The position numbers and the translations under genes are program-made. From positions 124,001 to 188,000 of the forward strand of contig RBZT01000588.1 of assembly GCA_003693705.1 (NCBI GenBank): DNA of 64,000 bases, read 5' to 3'. Position 1 is the first letter of the stretch. Every line of letters starts with the position of its first letter. Of this stretch, positions 36,994-49,659 are shown piece by piece. This stretch comes from Polymyxa betae A26-41 (taxonomy: Eukaryota > Protista > Endomyxa: Phytomyxea). The notes under the pieces are model-generated. The model saw only the letters and a program-made list of their open reading frames with translations. It was not told the origin of the DNA and searched no databases.

Positions 36994-37181
36994 ATAATAA
37001 ACTTGGAAAATTGTGCACATGCAGCAAATTCATATCTTAACTCCATGGCGCGATACTAGCCGGTTTATTGATGGTCTACTCTCCTGCAGCAAATCAGAGA
37101 GTCCAGACACTTCCATTTATGCATGATGGAGGGAATCCCTATCTAAAAAGTCGCGGTCCATATCGCACTTCGTCTGATGGG

Positions 37182-37993
37182 ATGCAAAAAGGGAGACCGG
37201 ATCGAGGTCGGGGGCGCGGCGGAGGTCAGGGTCAGCGGGCCAAAGGCGTGACACTTCGCGAGCATCGTGCCCGTAAACAGCACCATCGACCAGCCCAGTT
37301 GTTCCCCGATCTAGATGAAGATCAAGACGACATTCGACAGCGCTTCGCTCGTCGCCAGCTGAAACCAGGCCCAACAAGGTCGCTTTCAATTGAGGAAGAG
37401 GGCGGAGCCGGTACTGCCGTTGACAGAATCGCACTGAGAGAACAGACCCGACGACTTCTAACAGAAACTCGTTTGTGCTAATTGGTATTTTCGGATTAGC
37501 GATCTGAATATTCGTTATAGCCGAAGAATGGGATGGCCTTATTCAGCAGGCATTCGATCATATCGCTGCCGACCAGGCGTTGTTGGCTGAATCGCTGCAG
37601 TCGTTATTCGCCCTCGATCTCAACGAGCTTGCTGATTCATTGGGTTCCCTTCCCAATCATGTTTATTTGAAACTTCCCGGTGACTATGATGACACTGAAA
37701 ATAATGTTGACGTTGCAGCTCTTGATGATGATTCTTCTCAATCCCGCGTTGTCATTGAGACGGAAGCTACGGCCAGTGCTTCCGCTACTGAAGTCGTGCC
37801 TACAAGTGAACCATCCCAGGCGGCAGCTGTTCCCCTTGTTAGTGCTCCCTTGCCTGCGACGCACGATTCAGATCAGGAACTGGATGATTTGCTGGAATTA
37901 GCAAACCGAGATGTTGCTGATAGATCTCTGCAATCCCAAGCTATTGCCGGCGATTCCGATTCCGAAATTGATCGTCTTCTGGATGATTTATAA
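37182..37993 (+). CDS. RGG-containing acidic protein, AVEN-like
   Basis: N-terminal RGRGRGGG, FARRQL, DLNELADSLGSLP..VYLKL, and acidic C-terminal amphipathic helices (ELDDLL, EIDRLLDDL). Confidence 0.45.
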
Positions 37994-38333
37994 AGCGTAC
38001 GTGACTGGCGGAAAGTTTCTTGGAATCTGTGTCATAAAAATGTAAAATTTGCAGGGAACGCTTTGTCTGGCGATGGTATGTCACTTAGGAAGTTTTCGCT
38101 CCTACATGTAAGCAATGCTGCGAATTGCAATGTTTGAGGTCGAACATCAGTAAAACCGAAGAGATTCATCGTGAATGCAACCTGAACCAATTCTTGTTGA
38201 TTCGTCTAAGAAATATAACCGAATAAAGCGTCGAAGGTTTGAGTCACTATTTTAGATGTTACAACTTCCGGTTTCCTCGTGAACCTCAAATCCAAATAAT
38301 CAGTGAAGTATCTAGATGCCTCCTGGCTTTAGC

Positions 38334-41300
38334 AATGGAGCGGGTGCTTCATCCTCTCGGCCCCGCCGACGTCGTCGATTGCGAAATTACAACGATTCTT
38401 CACAAACTCAGCAGGCTCGATTCGGTAAGATACGCAAAATGCACATTCGTTTGCTCATTCGTCGCAGAGCAAACTTCTGATCAGCAACGCTTAAAAACAG
38501 GTCCATCTGCGTGGGAAAACGAACCGACGCAATCCAATCCTCCGAAAGAGCAAGAATCTGCTCAACGGCAACCTGAAGCTTGGCAGAGCACAGCAAGAGA
38601 TGATCCCAAAGATTCGAAACGTTCACTGGAAAAGAAACCTGCCCAAGAACCCCAGGTTGGACAGTCAAACGAAGCAGCGCCACAAGACCGTCAGATGAAG
38701 CGCTGGTGGCACTGGCCAGTGGACGACGGCAATGACATTGATATTGGTGACGATGAACCGGACCGGGAGAATGGCCGTCAAGCAGAGCCAATTCAACCTG
38801 AATCGGAGAGATCAGGAAAGGACGTGCCCAATTCAATGCCGGACAATCGTACGGGCGACAACATGGCGCCGGAGAACAATAGCAGCGACAGGGAACCGGC
38901 GATAGCCAACGGCACAGCCAAGCCGGCTCCAGCAGGCGATAATGATTGCAATGTAGTTGAGTCGGCGGAAGCATCGCCAGGCGCTCAAGATCATTCTAAC
39001 GCCGGCGACAATCAGGGTAAGATCTACGAATGGCTTTTTTGCTGGCTGATACGTCGCAGATCAAACTCCCGATCAGCAAAGCATTTTCAGAAACGACCCT
39101 ACACAGCTCAATCCTTCGAAAGAGCAAAAATCTGCCGAACGGCCATCCCGTGCCTGGCGGAGACCAGCATCAAACAATAAGCCTGTAGGCCCCGATCGTT
39201 CGCAGAGACAGACGCCTGTACAGGAATCACAGGTTGGGCAGTCAGTGCCTTCAAATGAAATAGCGCCAGAGGAGCGTCCAAAGAAGCGATGGTGGCAGTG
39301 GTCTGACGATGACGACAATCCAGTTGATTTTGACGGCAACGATTTGGATTCCAATCGGGACAGCTACCGACGAGACGATTCTAATGAACGTGGACCAGCA
39401 AAGGATGCCTCGGATAATTCAGATCGGCGATCCGTTCCTTTGAATCTATCAGGCAAAGACATTTCGGATGTAACGCCGGTGATTGACAAAATGACGCCGA
39501 AGAGTAACAACAGCAACGGCAAGGAATCGCCGACGACGACGATGAATGGTACTGTTGAACCGACTATAGCTGCAAGCGTCGAACGGCGAGCATCTCCACA
39601 GGGCATCGGAAATGATTCTGACGCCGTCGACAATCAAGGTCCAATGCAGATCTTTTGAATACTGTTCTGATTGTTAAAGTTTAATTACAGATCGGGCTGA
39701 CCAAAAGTCATCTCCAGCAAGAGATGAACCTGCAAGCTTCACTCCTTCACAAGATCAGGCTCCTGTACAGAAACCCCAAACTGGGCAGTCTGCAGTGTCA
39801 AACGAGGAAAAGCCACAAGACCGTCAGAATAAGGGCTGGTGGAATTGGTCGGCGGATGACGACAACGACGCAGGTTCCAATCCGGACAACGACCGCCGTT
39901 CTAAGCCAGTTGAAGCTGAGCCAAAGACTAGCGCCCCAAATCCTCCGAATCTGCGAGCCGTGCCTGTGAATCCATCAGAAGACACCCCAGATGCAACGCC
40001 GGTGGATCTTTCTGAACACGATATGACCCCGGAAAATGTCAACAACGGCAAGAAACCGACAACGGTCAATGGTACTACAAAGCCAGCTCTAGCAGGCGAT
40101 GATGACCCAAATGTAATGGAGTCGACGGATCGCACGCAACGGGCACCGCAAAACGCTCAAGATCTTTCGAACGCCGGGGAAGGTCCGATTCAGTCCTTCA
40201 GAAACTTTATTTCTAACACTGAGGTTGATTATCAGATCAGGCGAAACCAGACTCACCAGGTGGATTCAATCTATGGAATTTGTTCGGGGTGATTGCCGAT
40301 GACGAAGACGATCAAGACGAACAACAGCCTCAAGCCGAGCGGAATCTGGGGTCTGATGTCGCTGACGATGCCGGCAGCATTCCATCCCAGACAGGACCCG
40401 ATCCTTCTCCTGTTGATGACGCTCCCCAGTCTAACGACAGCAACAACGCGATTGCCGATGACGAAGACGAGCAAGACAAACAACAGCCTCAAGCCGAGCG
40501 GAATCTGGGGTCTGATGTCGCTGACGATGCCGGCAGCATTCCATCCCAGACAGGACCCCATCCTTCTCCTGTTGATAACGCTCCCCAGTCTAAAGACAGC
40601 AACAACGCGAGCCCTACCTGGGACCAAGACAATGATGATAATGATGATTCTGTAAACGGTGGCCGCGCCCCTCCTGAAAGCCTTCCTTTCGCTCCAATAG
40701 CGCCCAGTTCGACTATCGACTCCGGTCGACGTCAGCAGCAGCCCAGATCTCGTCGTGACCGCCAGAGGCCTAAGAAGAAATGGAGCCAGCATCAGTGGAT
40801 ACCATTTGATTCGGAAGATGAACGAGCAGCGGATGCTGATGCCCCGGAATCGCCCCCAACCTCGAATGCACCACAAGCCAGCGACTCACCTATTGACCAA
40901 TCTGATCAAGACAAGGCTTCTCCGAATCCAGATCGCAATCGGTCTCAAACTGGCACCGCAATTCAGGATAATGGTAACTGCAAATGTCGTATCAATTATG
41001 GATGCAAATATCTCACCCAAAATTAGATGTAAGGGCGGCTTCTGATCACAATAATCAACGACGAGATTTTGAGCAATCACGAGATCCAGCGAATGTAGAC
41101 CCATCTAGCAATGCATCCCCGAGACAACCGATCATGGCGCCTTCCAATGACACGACATCAATCGCACCCAGTGATCCATTCTCGAGAGATTCGATAGCGT
41201 CGACATCCGACTCCAGGCCATCGCCAGTCATCCGAGAACCTGAACGTCAGATCCCGGCTGACCGAGCACCACCGACACCAAACTCGGCCATGACCAATGA

Positions 41301-42301
41301 TGTCGTTCTTCCCGATGCCAATCGGAGCTCAAACAGCTCTCGTTCTGGATCACTGTCTGCTAAACGTCGCTCGGTCTTGCCAGATACTGCCAGCCCGACT
41401 GATCCAAAGAGTGACCTTTCAGAACGTGCATCGAATCGAAGCTCGATAGCTTCTGCGCTGAACTCACCAGATCAGAGTGACGAATCTTCTCGTCTACCGC
41501 CAGGACCGGTTCAGGTCGGCATCTTATCCAACCGTTGGTCATCCATTAATTTTGTACAGGTTCAGGATCGGCAACCAGAACGAAACTCGTCGTCTTCGTC
41601 GACTTCAAACGCCGGACCTGATCGAATCGCGTCTTCAACCAGTGCTGTAAGCGTTCGCGTATGTTTCGCTTCAATATCAAGTCACAGCATAATTAATCAA
41701 ATTCTTGCTCAGTCGAATTCGTTGACAGTTGTGACTCCTAATGATCGCCTACAATCGGTTCATTCTTCCAGTCTGCGAAAGGCTCGTAGGATGTTGTACA
41801 TGATCGCCCATTCTTATTCTTTTATGTTAGGTTCCTGAACCGATACATCAAGCTGATCGTGAAACACAACAAGCTCCAAATGCCAGCGCTCATGTTGTAT
41901 GTACTGATAATAGTAATAACCCATGGACTCTAGCTAAAACATTCCAGGATGAAGATATCAGAACAGTTGAATCAGCCATGCCAAAGTTAAACTCTCCAAA
42001 AAACAAGACGGAAACGAGTGTGAAGACCGGGTATCTCGTCAAAGGAGTGAATTCAAAAGAAACACAGCGAATGCACCGCAACGCTCATCCAAGCATTCAG
42101 AAGCTAAAGGAAATGAAAGCAGGGTCACGAGCCTGTCTTGCTGGAGGGCTTCATGAACTAGAACCATGCCATACGTCTGGCAGGGCACTAGCCTTCGCCA
42201 TTGCGACGTTTCCGTTGAAGTGGATAATCAAGAACCCATTCAGGAGGTGCATGAAATGCACTACCATTATCAAGGAGGAGGAAAACTCTAACAATTTCTG
42301 A
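38334..42301 (+). CDS. Large low-complexity repeat protein with C-terminal BRI3/LITAF-like Cys domain
   Basis: Multi-exon acidic D/N/P/S-rich ORFs with repeated KRWWxW-DDD modules. The C-terminus is CLAGGLHELEP...ALAFAIATFPL...RRCMKC. Confidence 0.65.
40291..40608 (+). repeat. Near-perfect in-frame tandem duplication, 2 x 159 bp (53 aa)
   Basis: IADDEDxQDxQQPQAERNLGSDVADDAGSIPSQTGP.PSPVD.APQS.DSNNA is encoded twice, starting at 40291 and 40450. Confidence 0.95.
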
Positions 42302-42906
42302 TCAAATACAAACCACAACGCCTAATAATGTCAGGAAACTTTGCTCAATGCTCTTTTAAACAGCGTCATTTTGTAAACACAACAGAGCTTACAAAAATTT
42401 TACAGAACCAAACAAATCAAGATTATCATAACTCCTTGAAATCTGTTGAAAAGCGATGCCTTGGGACATCCATGAAAATTTTCAAGGTCTCATAACGAAT
42501 TCAGTAGTGATCAAACTGATTCCCAAAGCCAATCTAGGGCCGCCTCGTACCATCAGCCCGAATAACAATGCATAATGTGGGAGAGATAGAACTGATTATA
42601 TCATGGCAGAGCGCCTTGCATTTTGTGGTCGCCAGAACCTGGTAGCTAAATATCACCTTGATAGTGAGAAAGGGATTGTGGAGCATGTGATTGGCAGCCA
42701 GGCGGCCGAAATAAGGCAGGGAGCCTGCTAAGCCGTCTCGCCAGGCTGTCAGGAGACTTCCATCACCGAACGTCCATCACCGACCCCCCTAGACTGACAG
42801 CCTTCATTCTGATACTATTTGGTTGTAATAATCCGTTCGGGCACGCATTGCCGTTCAGGCCTCTCTAGCGTTCACAACAACCGATAGAGGCGCGTCGCTC
42901 CCTTCA

Positions 42907-44399
42907 ATGGACCAGACCACCCCCATGCAGCTTGATGATACCACAGCAGTCGACGTCTCGGCCACCGCCCGACCCACACCTGTCGATGGTGAGCGAAGCA
43001 GCTCTGACATGGTATCAGGGTCGTTAACTATCGATGCAGACCTCACCGATAGGATACAGCGGACTTTGACGCTATTGCAGAATTCAGAACGAATGAACTC
43101 GGTCCAGAAACAAATTCTTGTCAAGGTCTAGACTGCCTTGGGCTTGTTCCTAACCCGTTTGCTTACATAATGTGCAGTTGATTGAAACTGGTGATCCAGC
43201 GGTGCTGTCTTCGATAAATATCCGTTTTACTGACGACGAAATTGTGGCTGCCCTGGAGAAGATGGCACAGGCTCAATGTGCCGCTGACTACCTGGATTCA
43301 AACGTTGACATGGTGTTGTGTTATGAGGTCAAATGGACAGAGTTTCATTTGCTTCGTAGGCACTTCGCCGTATGTATCAGGCTGTCGATAATAAAAAGAA
43401 GCAAGCCGCTGCGAAGTCATCGCTCAGGCACATTCGCAAGATTATTGAAAAGGTGCATAAGACGCCGTCAGATATTAAGTCGCGGTCAGGAGCATCGTCT
43501 ACTGAGTTTTCTGGGCTGACTTTTTTCAGGCGAGTTCTTGTGAGAAATTTCACATTTAAAAAATTCGTATCCGATGTTCAGGGTGCTTTGGACCTCATGT
43601 CAGAAATCGGCTTTGCTGCAGTGAACGATGAATGCCTTGAGATGAGCGCTGATGTTGATCTTGAGTTTCTTGCTAGAACAATGGTTAAACTGGAGCAGTC
43701 CGCTTTGGTAATTGATGTTTCTCATTTTGATTGTTAATCTGAACAAGAACAGGACATGGATGCCGCTATATCCGATTCGACAACGGATTCTGGGCCTAGA
43801 AAACCTTGTTTTGGAAACTGTGGGTTTTTCGGCAATCCAGATACAGAAGGCTTCTGCTCGCTTTGCTACAGGTAGCTCTTTGAAGTAAAGTGTCTGAGCT
43901 AAAACTGGTTCAGGCAGAAGCTGGCTGGCAAAGACCCTATTGTTGAAAAATCCGAATGTAGTACAGATGGATGTACTAATTTTGGCAATCCTGCCAAGGA
44001 GCGATACTGCAATAAATGTTGGCAAGAGCGCGAAGATAGGAAAAATGGTCAGTTGACTCCACAAAAATCGCTATCAGTTATTGATAACTAGCAGCTGGAT
44101 GGTCGAACCGTTCATGGTGGCCTGCTTTGCAAAGAGCAAAATTAAAGCTCTACGCCGTGTGGCTGTTTCGGCAAGGTAGTTCGAGCAGGCCAATTCAAAG
44201 CGATCTGAGGAAATGCTGGGTCTGTACAAGGAAGATCCCGCTGACGGCAATCGCCTGCCAATGTGGATATGTGTTCTGTTCAAAGCATCGATCAACTCTT
44301 GATCACGATTGCACCTACAATTTCCGTCGTGCACACAAGGTCCACTTGCATCAGTTAAATCCACAGATTCAGGGAAAGAAATTTGACAGACTCGACTGA
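42907..44399 (+). CDS. PUB domain + two A20 + AN1 zinc-finger protein
   Basis: PUB-like LRHIRKIIEKVHKTPSDIKSR|RVLVRNFTFKKFV...GALDLMSEIGF; A20 fingers CFGNCGFFGNPDTEGFCSLCY and CSTDGCTNFGNPAKERYCNKCW; AN1 finger CWVC...CQCGYVFCSKHR...HDCTYNF. Confidence 0.85.
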
Positions 44400-44579
44400 G
44401 CCATCAATAAATTTTACTTCGTTAAGTGGTATTTGCCATAATTACTTTTGGCGGTCGCGGCTTAATCTGGGGATGTGACCATGAATTGCTTACTCGGCAT
44501 TTCTCATCCCATGTCAGCTGAGCTAAAGCTTTTTCTCTATTATTCCATATCAGAATGGTCCAATTTTAAAGTGGCATTT

Positions 44580-47330
44580 TCAATACGATTTTTCAAGGTC
44601 ATCTTTATTTCGTTTTGGTTCTTCTGTAGAACCGGTGTGTGATCGTTGAAGGTTTACGGAGACTCGGCAAGCTCGTAAAGGTGGAAGCAGGAGTTTTCTC
44701 CCCTGTAAACCTTTAAGCAGATCAGAACCTAGGTAAACATCACAGCATATCTCTGACCCTTTGGCCATATTTCGTAAAGCACTACCGTACTTGGATTCCT
44801 AACTCGCTGCAGTTTGTATGAGCCTGGCAACCGAACAACCGAAAAGTCATCGTCCTCTTTCATTTTCGTGTTCACTGCCTAAAATAGCTCAAAATATTGC
44901 CTCAGCAACGAGATTCTAAAGTACTTTCACGACGGCGTCGCTACAAATGATCTGCCCACCGTGAGCAGCGCTGCTTATACGAGATGTTAAATGTACATCA
45001 GTTCCAGAGTAATCGATCCTATTCGTGATAGAGTTTCTTCTTTTTCGAGGAGTTCCTGTATGAATACCCATCCTTACTCGGAGACCTATATCAGGCCGAT
45101 TTGGTAATATTCGAACGCTCAAATAACCATATGTACCAGCGAACAATTTGCTTGTCGTTACGACAGCTTCTGCAGAGCCGATGCCCACGCCGTATTCATT
45201 GTGTGCGTCATAGCAATTCGCGAGGGACGAAGGCCACTCTGCTTTTAATAAATCGTATTGAGCAGATACGCACCACCTGATTGCATCCAAAGCTGAAAAC
45301 ACGTTGAGTTTAATGACTGTAAAAAGCGGCTCCCAACCTTCAATAAATGCCACGACGAACGCATCTCCTTCGGTTTTCACCTCATATCCATTACATCGAC
45401 CCAATGCAGATCTAAGAATGTGGTCCTAGAAAAAGTTCAGTGGTTACGGTAATGTTAGCTTAAAAACGCCTGACATGCATTTCAAGGGCCACATTCATGG
45501 CTCCTGGTTCACGCTCCCACAGCATTGTGGAGCCTTGAACGTCGCTGACTACCAATGTGATCTTTGACAATTCAGCACTCCGTTCAACACGTATTCAGTT
45601 AGAGTACCTGGGTTACTTGTGAGTTCTCGAATGACTGGTCAGGTATTGATTTAGGGGCAATGGATACTTCTATGGACCCGTTCTCTTCCTATAAACAATA
45701 TCGAACTTGATCAACAAATTCGAAGGCAAACGGACCTCGATGGCGGCGTTGATTGCCCATATCCAATCTTCTCTTGTTTTTTCTGAATCCGAGGCTAGAT
45801 GATACGATTTGCATCCATCTCTGATAGTAAAGCGGAATGGGAATCCATTTTGGGACAATGCCCCTATTCCACTTCCATTTACTGTAACAGCACATCAATG
45901 TAAGTAATAAATCGTCGGTGGCTGTTTGTCAGTTCTTCAACTACCTGCGATAGTTGCACAGGCCACGTCCAGCACAGCCTCTGCATGGAACGACCTTAAT
46001 CCGATTTCCTGTTCCACATCCATATCAAAATATGCACCTAAACATCGTCTTCAGTAGACAATCAGATAAAGTTGCAATTAGAACATGTTTGCGATTGTAA
46101 GACGAAGTAATATCGGCGCCAGATTTTCTCCCCATGATCCTGAAATCCTAATCAGCAGAACTGTCCATGTAAATTAAATGGAGTGGAGTACTTGCTTAAA
46201 AAGCCATCCATCTTTACTGCCGTTGTCAGGCATGTTGCCTAGGTCTTGCAGAGCGTCTTTCCAATTTGCAAGCTCATCCTTGTCACTGGACCCCAAACGG
46301 ATGACTTTCTTTAACTTATCGTTGAATACAGAGAAGCAAAATTTCGGGGGTTCCTCTCTTCCTGGATTAAGTTAAAAGCATGAATACTAAATGCCGTTGA
46401 AACCCCAACCTTTCAAACTAAATGTGTGACCACTGCTATCAGACAGCGTCAGCGCTGAGGTATCGCTCTCGATCTCGTTGCCAAGCTCGACATCAGAAGC
46501 ATCAAAAGCACCTTTATGTTTTGCTTTAAGAAAGAGGAGCGACCTTGGTTTGAGCAATGTAAAATATTGTTGCCAAGTAGAATCATTTTCATAAGTCAAC
46601 CATCCACTTTTCGTAACCGAGTCAACCTCCGAAGTCTTTGAATGAAATAGAGTTTTCAGATTATGTTTAATCCAATTCGCAGTAGTTGATTTTGGATGGA
46701 AGACTTTTTCAGGATGGGTCGATGATCTCTGTGGCAAAGATTGAATAGTTTAGAGCAGCGTCACATGTTAACCAACCCGTTTAATTAGCTCAGGTGCTGA
46801 GTTCTTCCACTCTGTCTTAGTTAACACGTACGAGGTCAGGCTGCTGTCCTCGCTTATACACACTTCAAACTTTCTGTTTGTCAACCGCTCGTAATAGGTT
46901 CCAGTTACTTCTACCACTCCTAGACGATTATCTACAATATAATGATAATCATAGCCATCTGTAAACATTTTGGTTTGCTTGCTTAGCCGCTGCGCAAAAG
47001 CGAATTGTTACCTTGTATCTGGAATACGATCTCGTTTGAATTCCGCGCGATTACCATTCCGCGAAGATGCTCGATAGGGATTCGGCGTCGAAAGCTAGCA
47101 TATGAATCTTTTTTAAGATTATACAATGCTTTATCAGTAATAAGCAGGACTCGAGACTGTCTCCGTTTCATTGGATTGATCTTAAAAGCCATGGCCGCGA
47201 ACTTCACTGTCTCGACAGCCTGCTCACCATTCTCCAAACATAGCTGATCCAGCAACGCCAGTAGGTTGGGGTTCATACCTAGCTGGAGATGGTCATACAC
47301 CGGTAGATTATTACCTACCGGGCTCGTCAT
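44580..47330 (-). CDS. Myosin-TH1 + two PH domains + class III nucleotidyl (adenylyl) cyclase
   Basis: TH1: KINPMKRRQSRVLLITDKALYNL...RRRIPI. PH: TKSGWLTY...WQQYF and YHLASDSEKTREDWIWAI. Cyclase: VVSDVQGSTMLWE, YEVKTEGDAF, GLRVRMGIHTG, DYSGTDV..SRI and AHGGQI. The 3' end is approximate. Confidence 0.85.
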
Positions 47331-47526
47331 GCAGACAAAAGTGAAGAGAGGAACGATGAGCACTAAACCGAAAGGCCTCTACAGTTCTGGAATCTGTATC
47401 GTATAGACGGGGAGAATGTCGTCACATTTAACATTGTCCAACTACAGTATGCGGACAAGCCGGTGATACGATTACTTCTAGAATATCCAGCAGCAAACGA
47501 TACGTATTTATTTATTATGTGCAGGA

Positions 47527-49560
47527 TCAGGATTTGATAAATGGTTTATTGCCGGGAAATGATCGAGCCATTAACTTTGGAGACTTGGGGGCTGATTTCG
47601 CTTTTTTCTTGGACCCGGACCCAAGACTTCCGCTTGCTCCTTCTAATGCGGCTTCTGCGCTAGAATCTAATCCTTTACCAGATAAAGCGTTTTCTCCCAG
47701 TTCCGTTACGGTTTCATCAACGTCACCGTATGCAGGCACGTACGGGATTCCTTTTATTCCTTGCCGGGTTAGAGCTGACTCATCTTGGTCCTACACCATG
47801 AGTTGTGAAAAGCTGTTGTCATTTTAGGCGTTTTAATTACTTTGGTGGCTTCGTCTACACTTTGTTTGAGTGTTAGTATCGACGTTTCAAATGCCCCCAG
47901 AACTTGGTTAAATTTCTCTGCTGTCCAGGTAGTTCCTGATTCGAGCCATGATTCATCAAAGTCACTTCCCTGCAGCAATATTCCATCAGTCATCCAGCTC
48001 ACTGGAAACCCGTACGGATGCACTCACAATGACTTTAGCGACTACATGCAATAAACCGGAAATACCCTCCTGCAGTAGGGCCATACGTTGAGTCGCCTTG
48101 TCTGCTTGGATTTTGGTTTTATCGGCCCGAGCGCATGTCTCTCTAAACTTCTCCTGCAATTGGTCGACATCTCGCCATCGACTATTGGTAAAGTTGCTCT
48201 TCTCCTCCTCGAGGCGCTGCAGAAGATCATTCTGTAAACAATTTGAGACAACAGGACATGTCAGGCATTATTTTCAATTGACCTTCTTTTGTTGTGTTGC
48301 TTCTAATAATTTGGTTTTTTCTTGAATCTCCTTCTCAAGATCAAGCTTAATTTCCTCTTTGAGATAAAACTTATTGATGATATCATCTGGCTTCTCAAAT
48401 CCAGTGGCCGCTGCAATCCTCTGGAGAGTCTCTTTCTGTTCCGTTATCTGAGCGTTTAGCCCATCCAGAACTTTATGCAAATCATTTGCTTGGTTCTCTT
48501 TAGCACGGATTTTTCCCAACATCCTTTCGATTTTTGAATTGAATTTGTCGATAGTCTGTAGTGAAAAATATCAACATTTAGAGAAGGCAGTCAAGACAAC
48601 CCAACCTTGTTTTCGCGATCAGCTTTTTGGAGCTGACGTTTTTTACGCTGGGCCTTTAATACTGTGAGCACATTTTGGAAACTTTGAAGTTGATCAACGG
48701 CAAATTGATGAAAGGAAATAATTTCGCTCTGGAATTGCTCGAACTCATGAGCCGCCTGCTCCTGCTCGATTTGGGCCTGATTTTTTAAGGTATTCATTTT
48801 CCGATACAGAGCATTGATTTCCGCTCTGTTAAGGATTGGTAAATTATAGGAAATGTAGCATTTTCATCGAACCTTTGCTTCCGTAAGGCCTCCATCTGGA
48901 AGAAACGATCGAGCTCCTCTTCTTTGAGATGAGCAATATTCAACTCGTAGTTCTTACGGTTCTCTTCCGTTTCATTGATCTTGATCGTAACGGTGTCCAG
49001 TTGCATCTCGAGACCTTTTAATCTTTCTTCATACTGAGCTTGAGCGGTTTCCATCGCTCTTGTGGACGTCGTTATATACTGCAACTTCAAGTCAGCTGTT
49101 GCCTCTTGATCAGTGATTTATAGATCAACCTGAACTTCTCGTTGAAGGCGATGGAGCAAGGACTGCTTCTCAACGACTTTCGAACGTTGAGCATCATATT
49201 CTTTTCTTAATGCACAAACAATTGCAAAAGTATTTCTGATATGGGCATCGGAGTCAGATTCGTGTCTCTCGGTTAAAGCCGATGTCATTCTTGTTACCTA
49301 ACACCACTTTTACAAACCGAAAACACACACACTGTTACAACCCACCATCTGTGCAGATTCGCGAAGAAACAGAGTCCGAGCAGACGGAAGAGCTGGAACA
49401 AGTGGAGAATCAGCCGCTTGTGGACTGGAATTTGCTGAAGGTCCTAGACGAAATGGATCAGCAATCAAACGTGATGATAATGCGATTTCATACTATCTGT
49501 ATGGGGAATTAGGGGTAATGAAGCCCCATCTGCAATTTGCCTGGCTTCATTTCGTGAAGA
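47527..49560 (-). CDS. ODAD3/CCDC151-like (outer dynein arm docking) coiled-coil region; probably the C-terminal half of the adjacent RCC1 gene
   Basis: LEMQLDTVTIKINETEENRKNYELNIAHLKEE and LQRIAAATGFEKPDDIINKF. The exon chain runs upstream past the first Met. Confidence 0.55.
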
Positions 49561-49659
49561 CAGCAATGCTACCAATTGCTTGCTAAAGACAAAATCAACA
49601 ATGGCTAGCCGTTAATCGCAAACTCAACGAGGCAGGGCAGAAAACAGGGTGAATTATTC

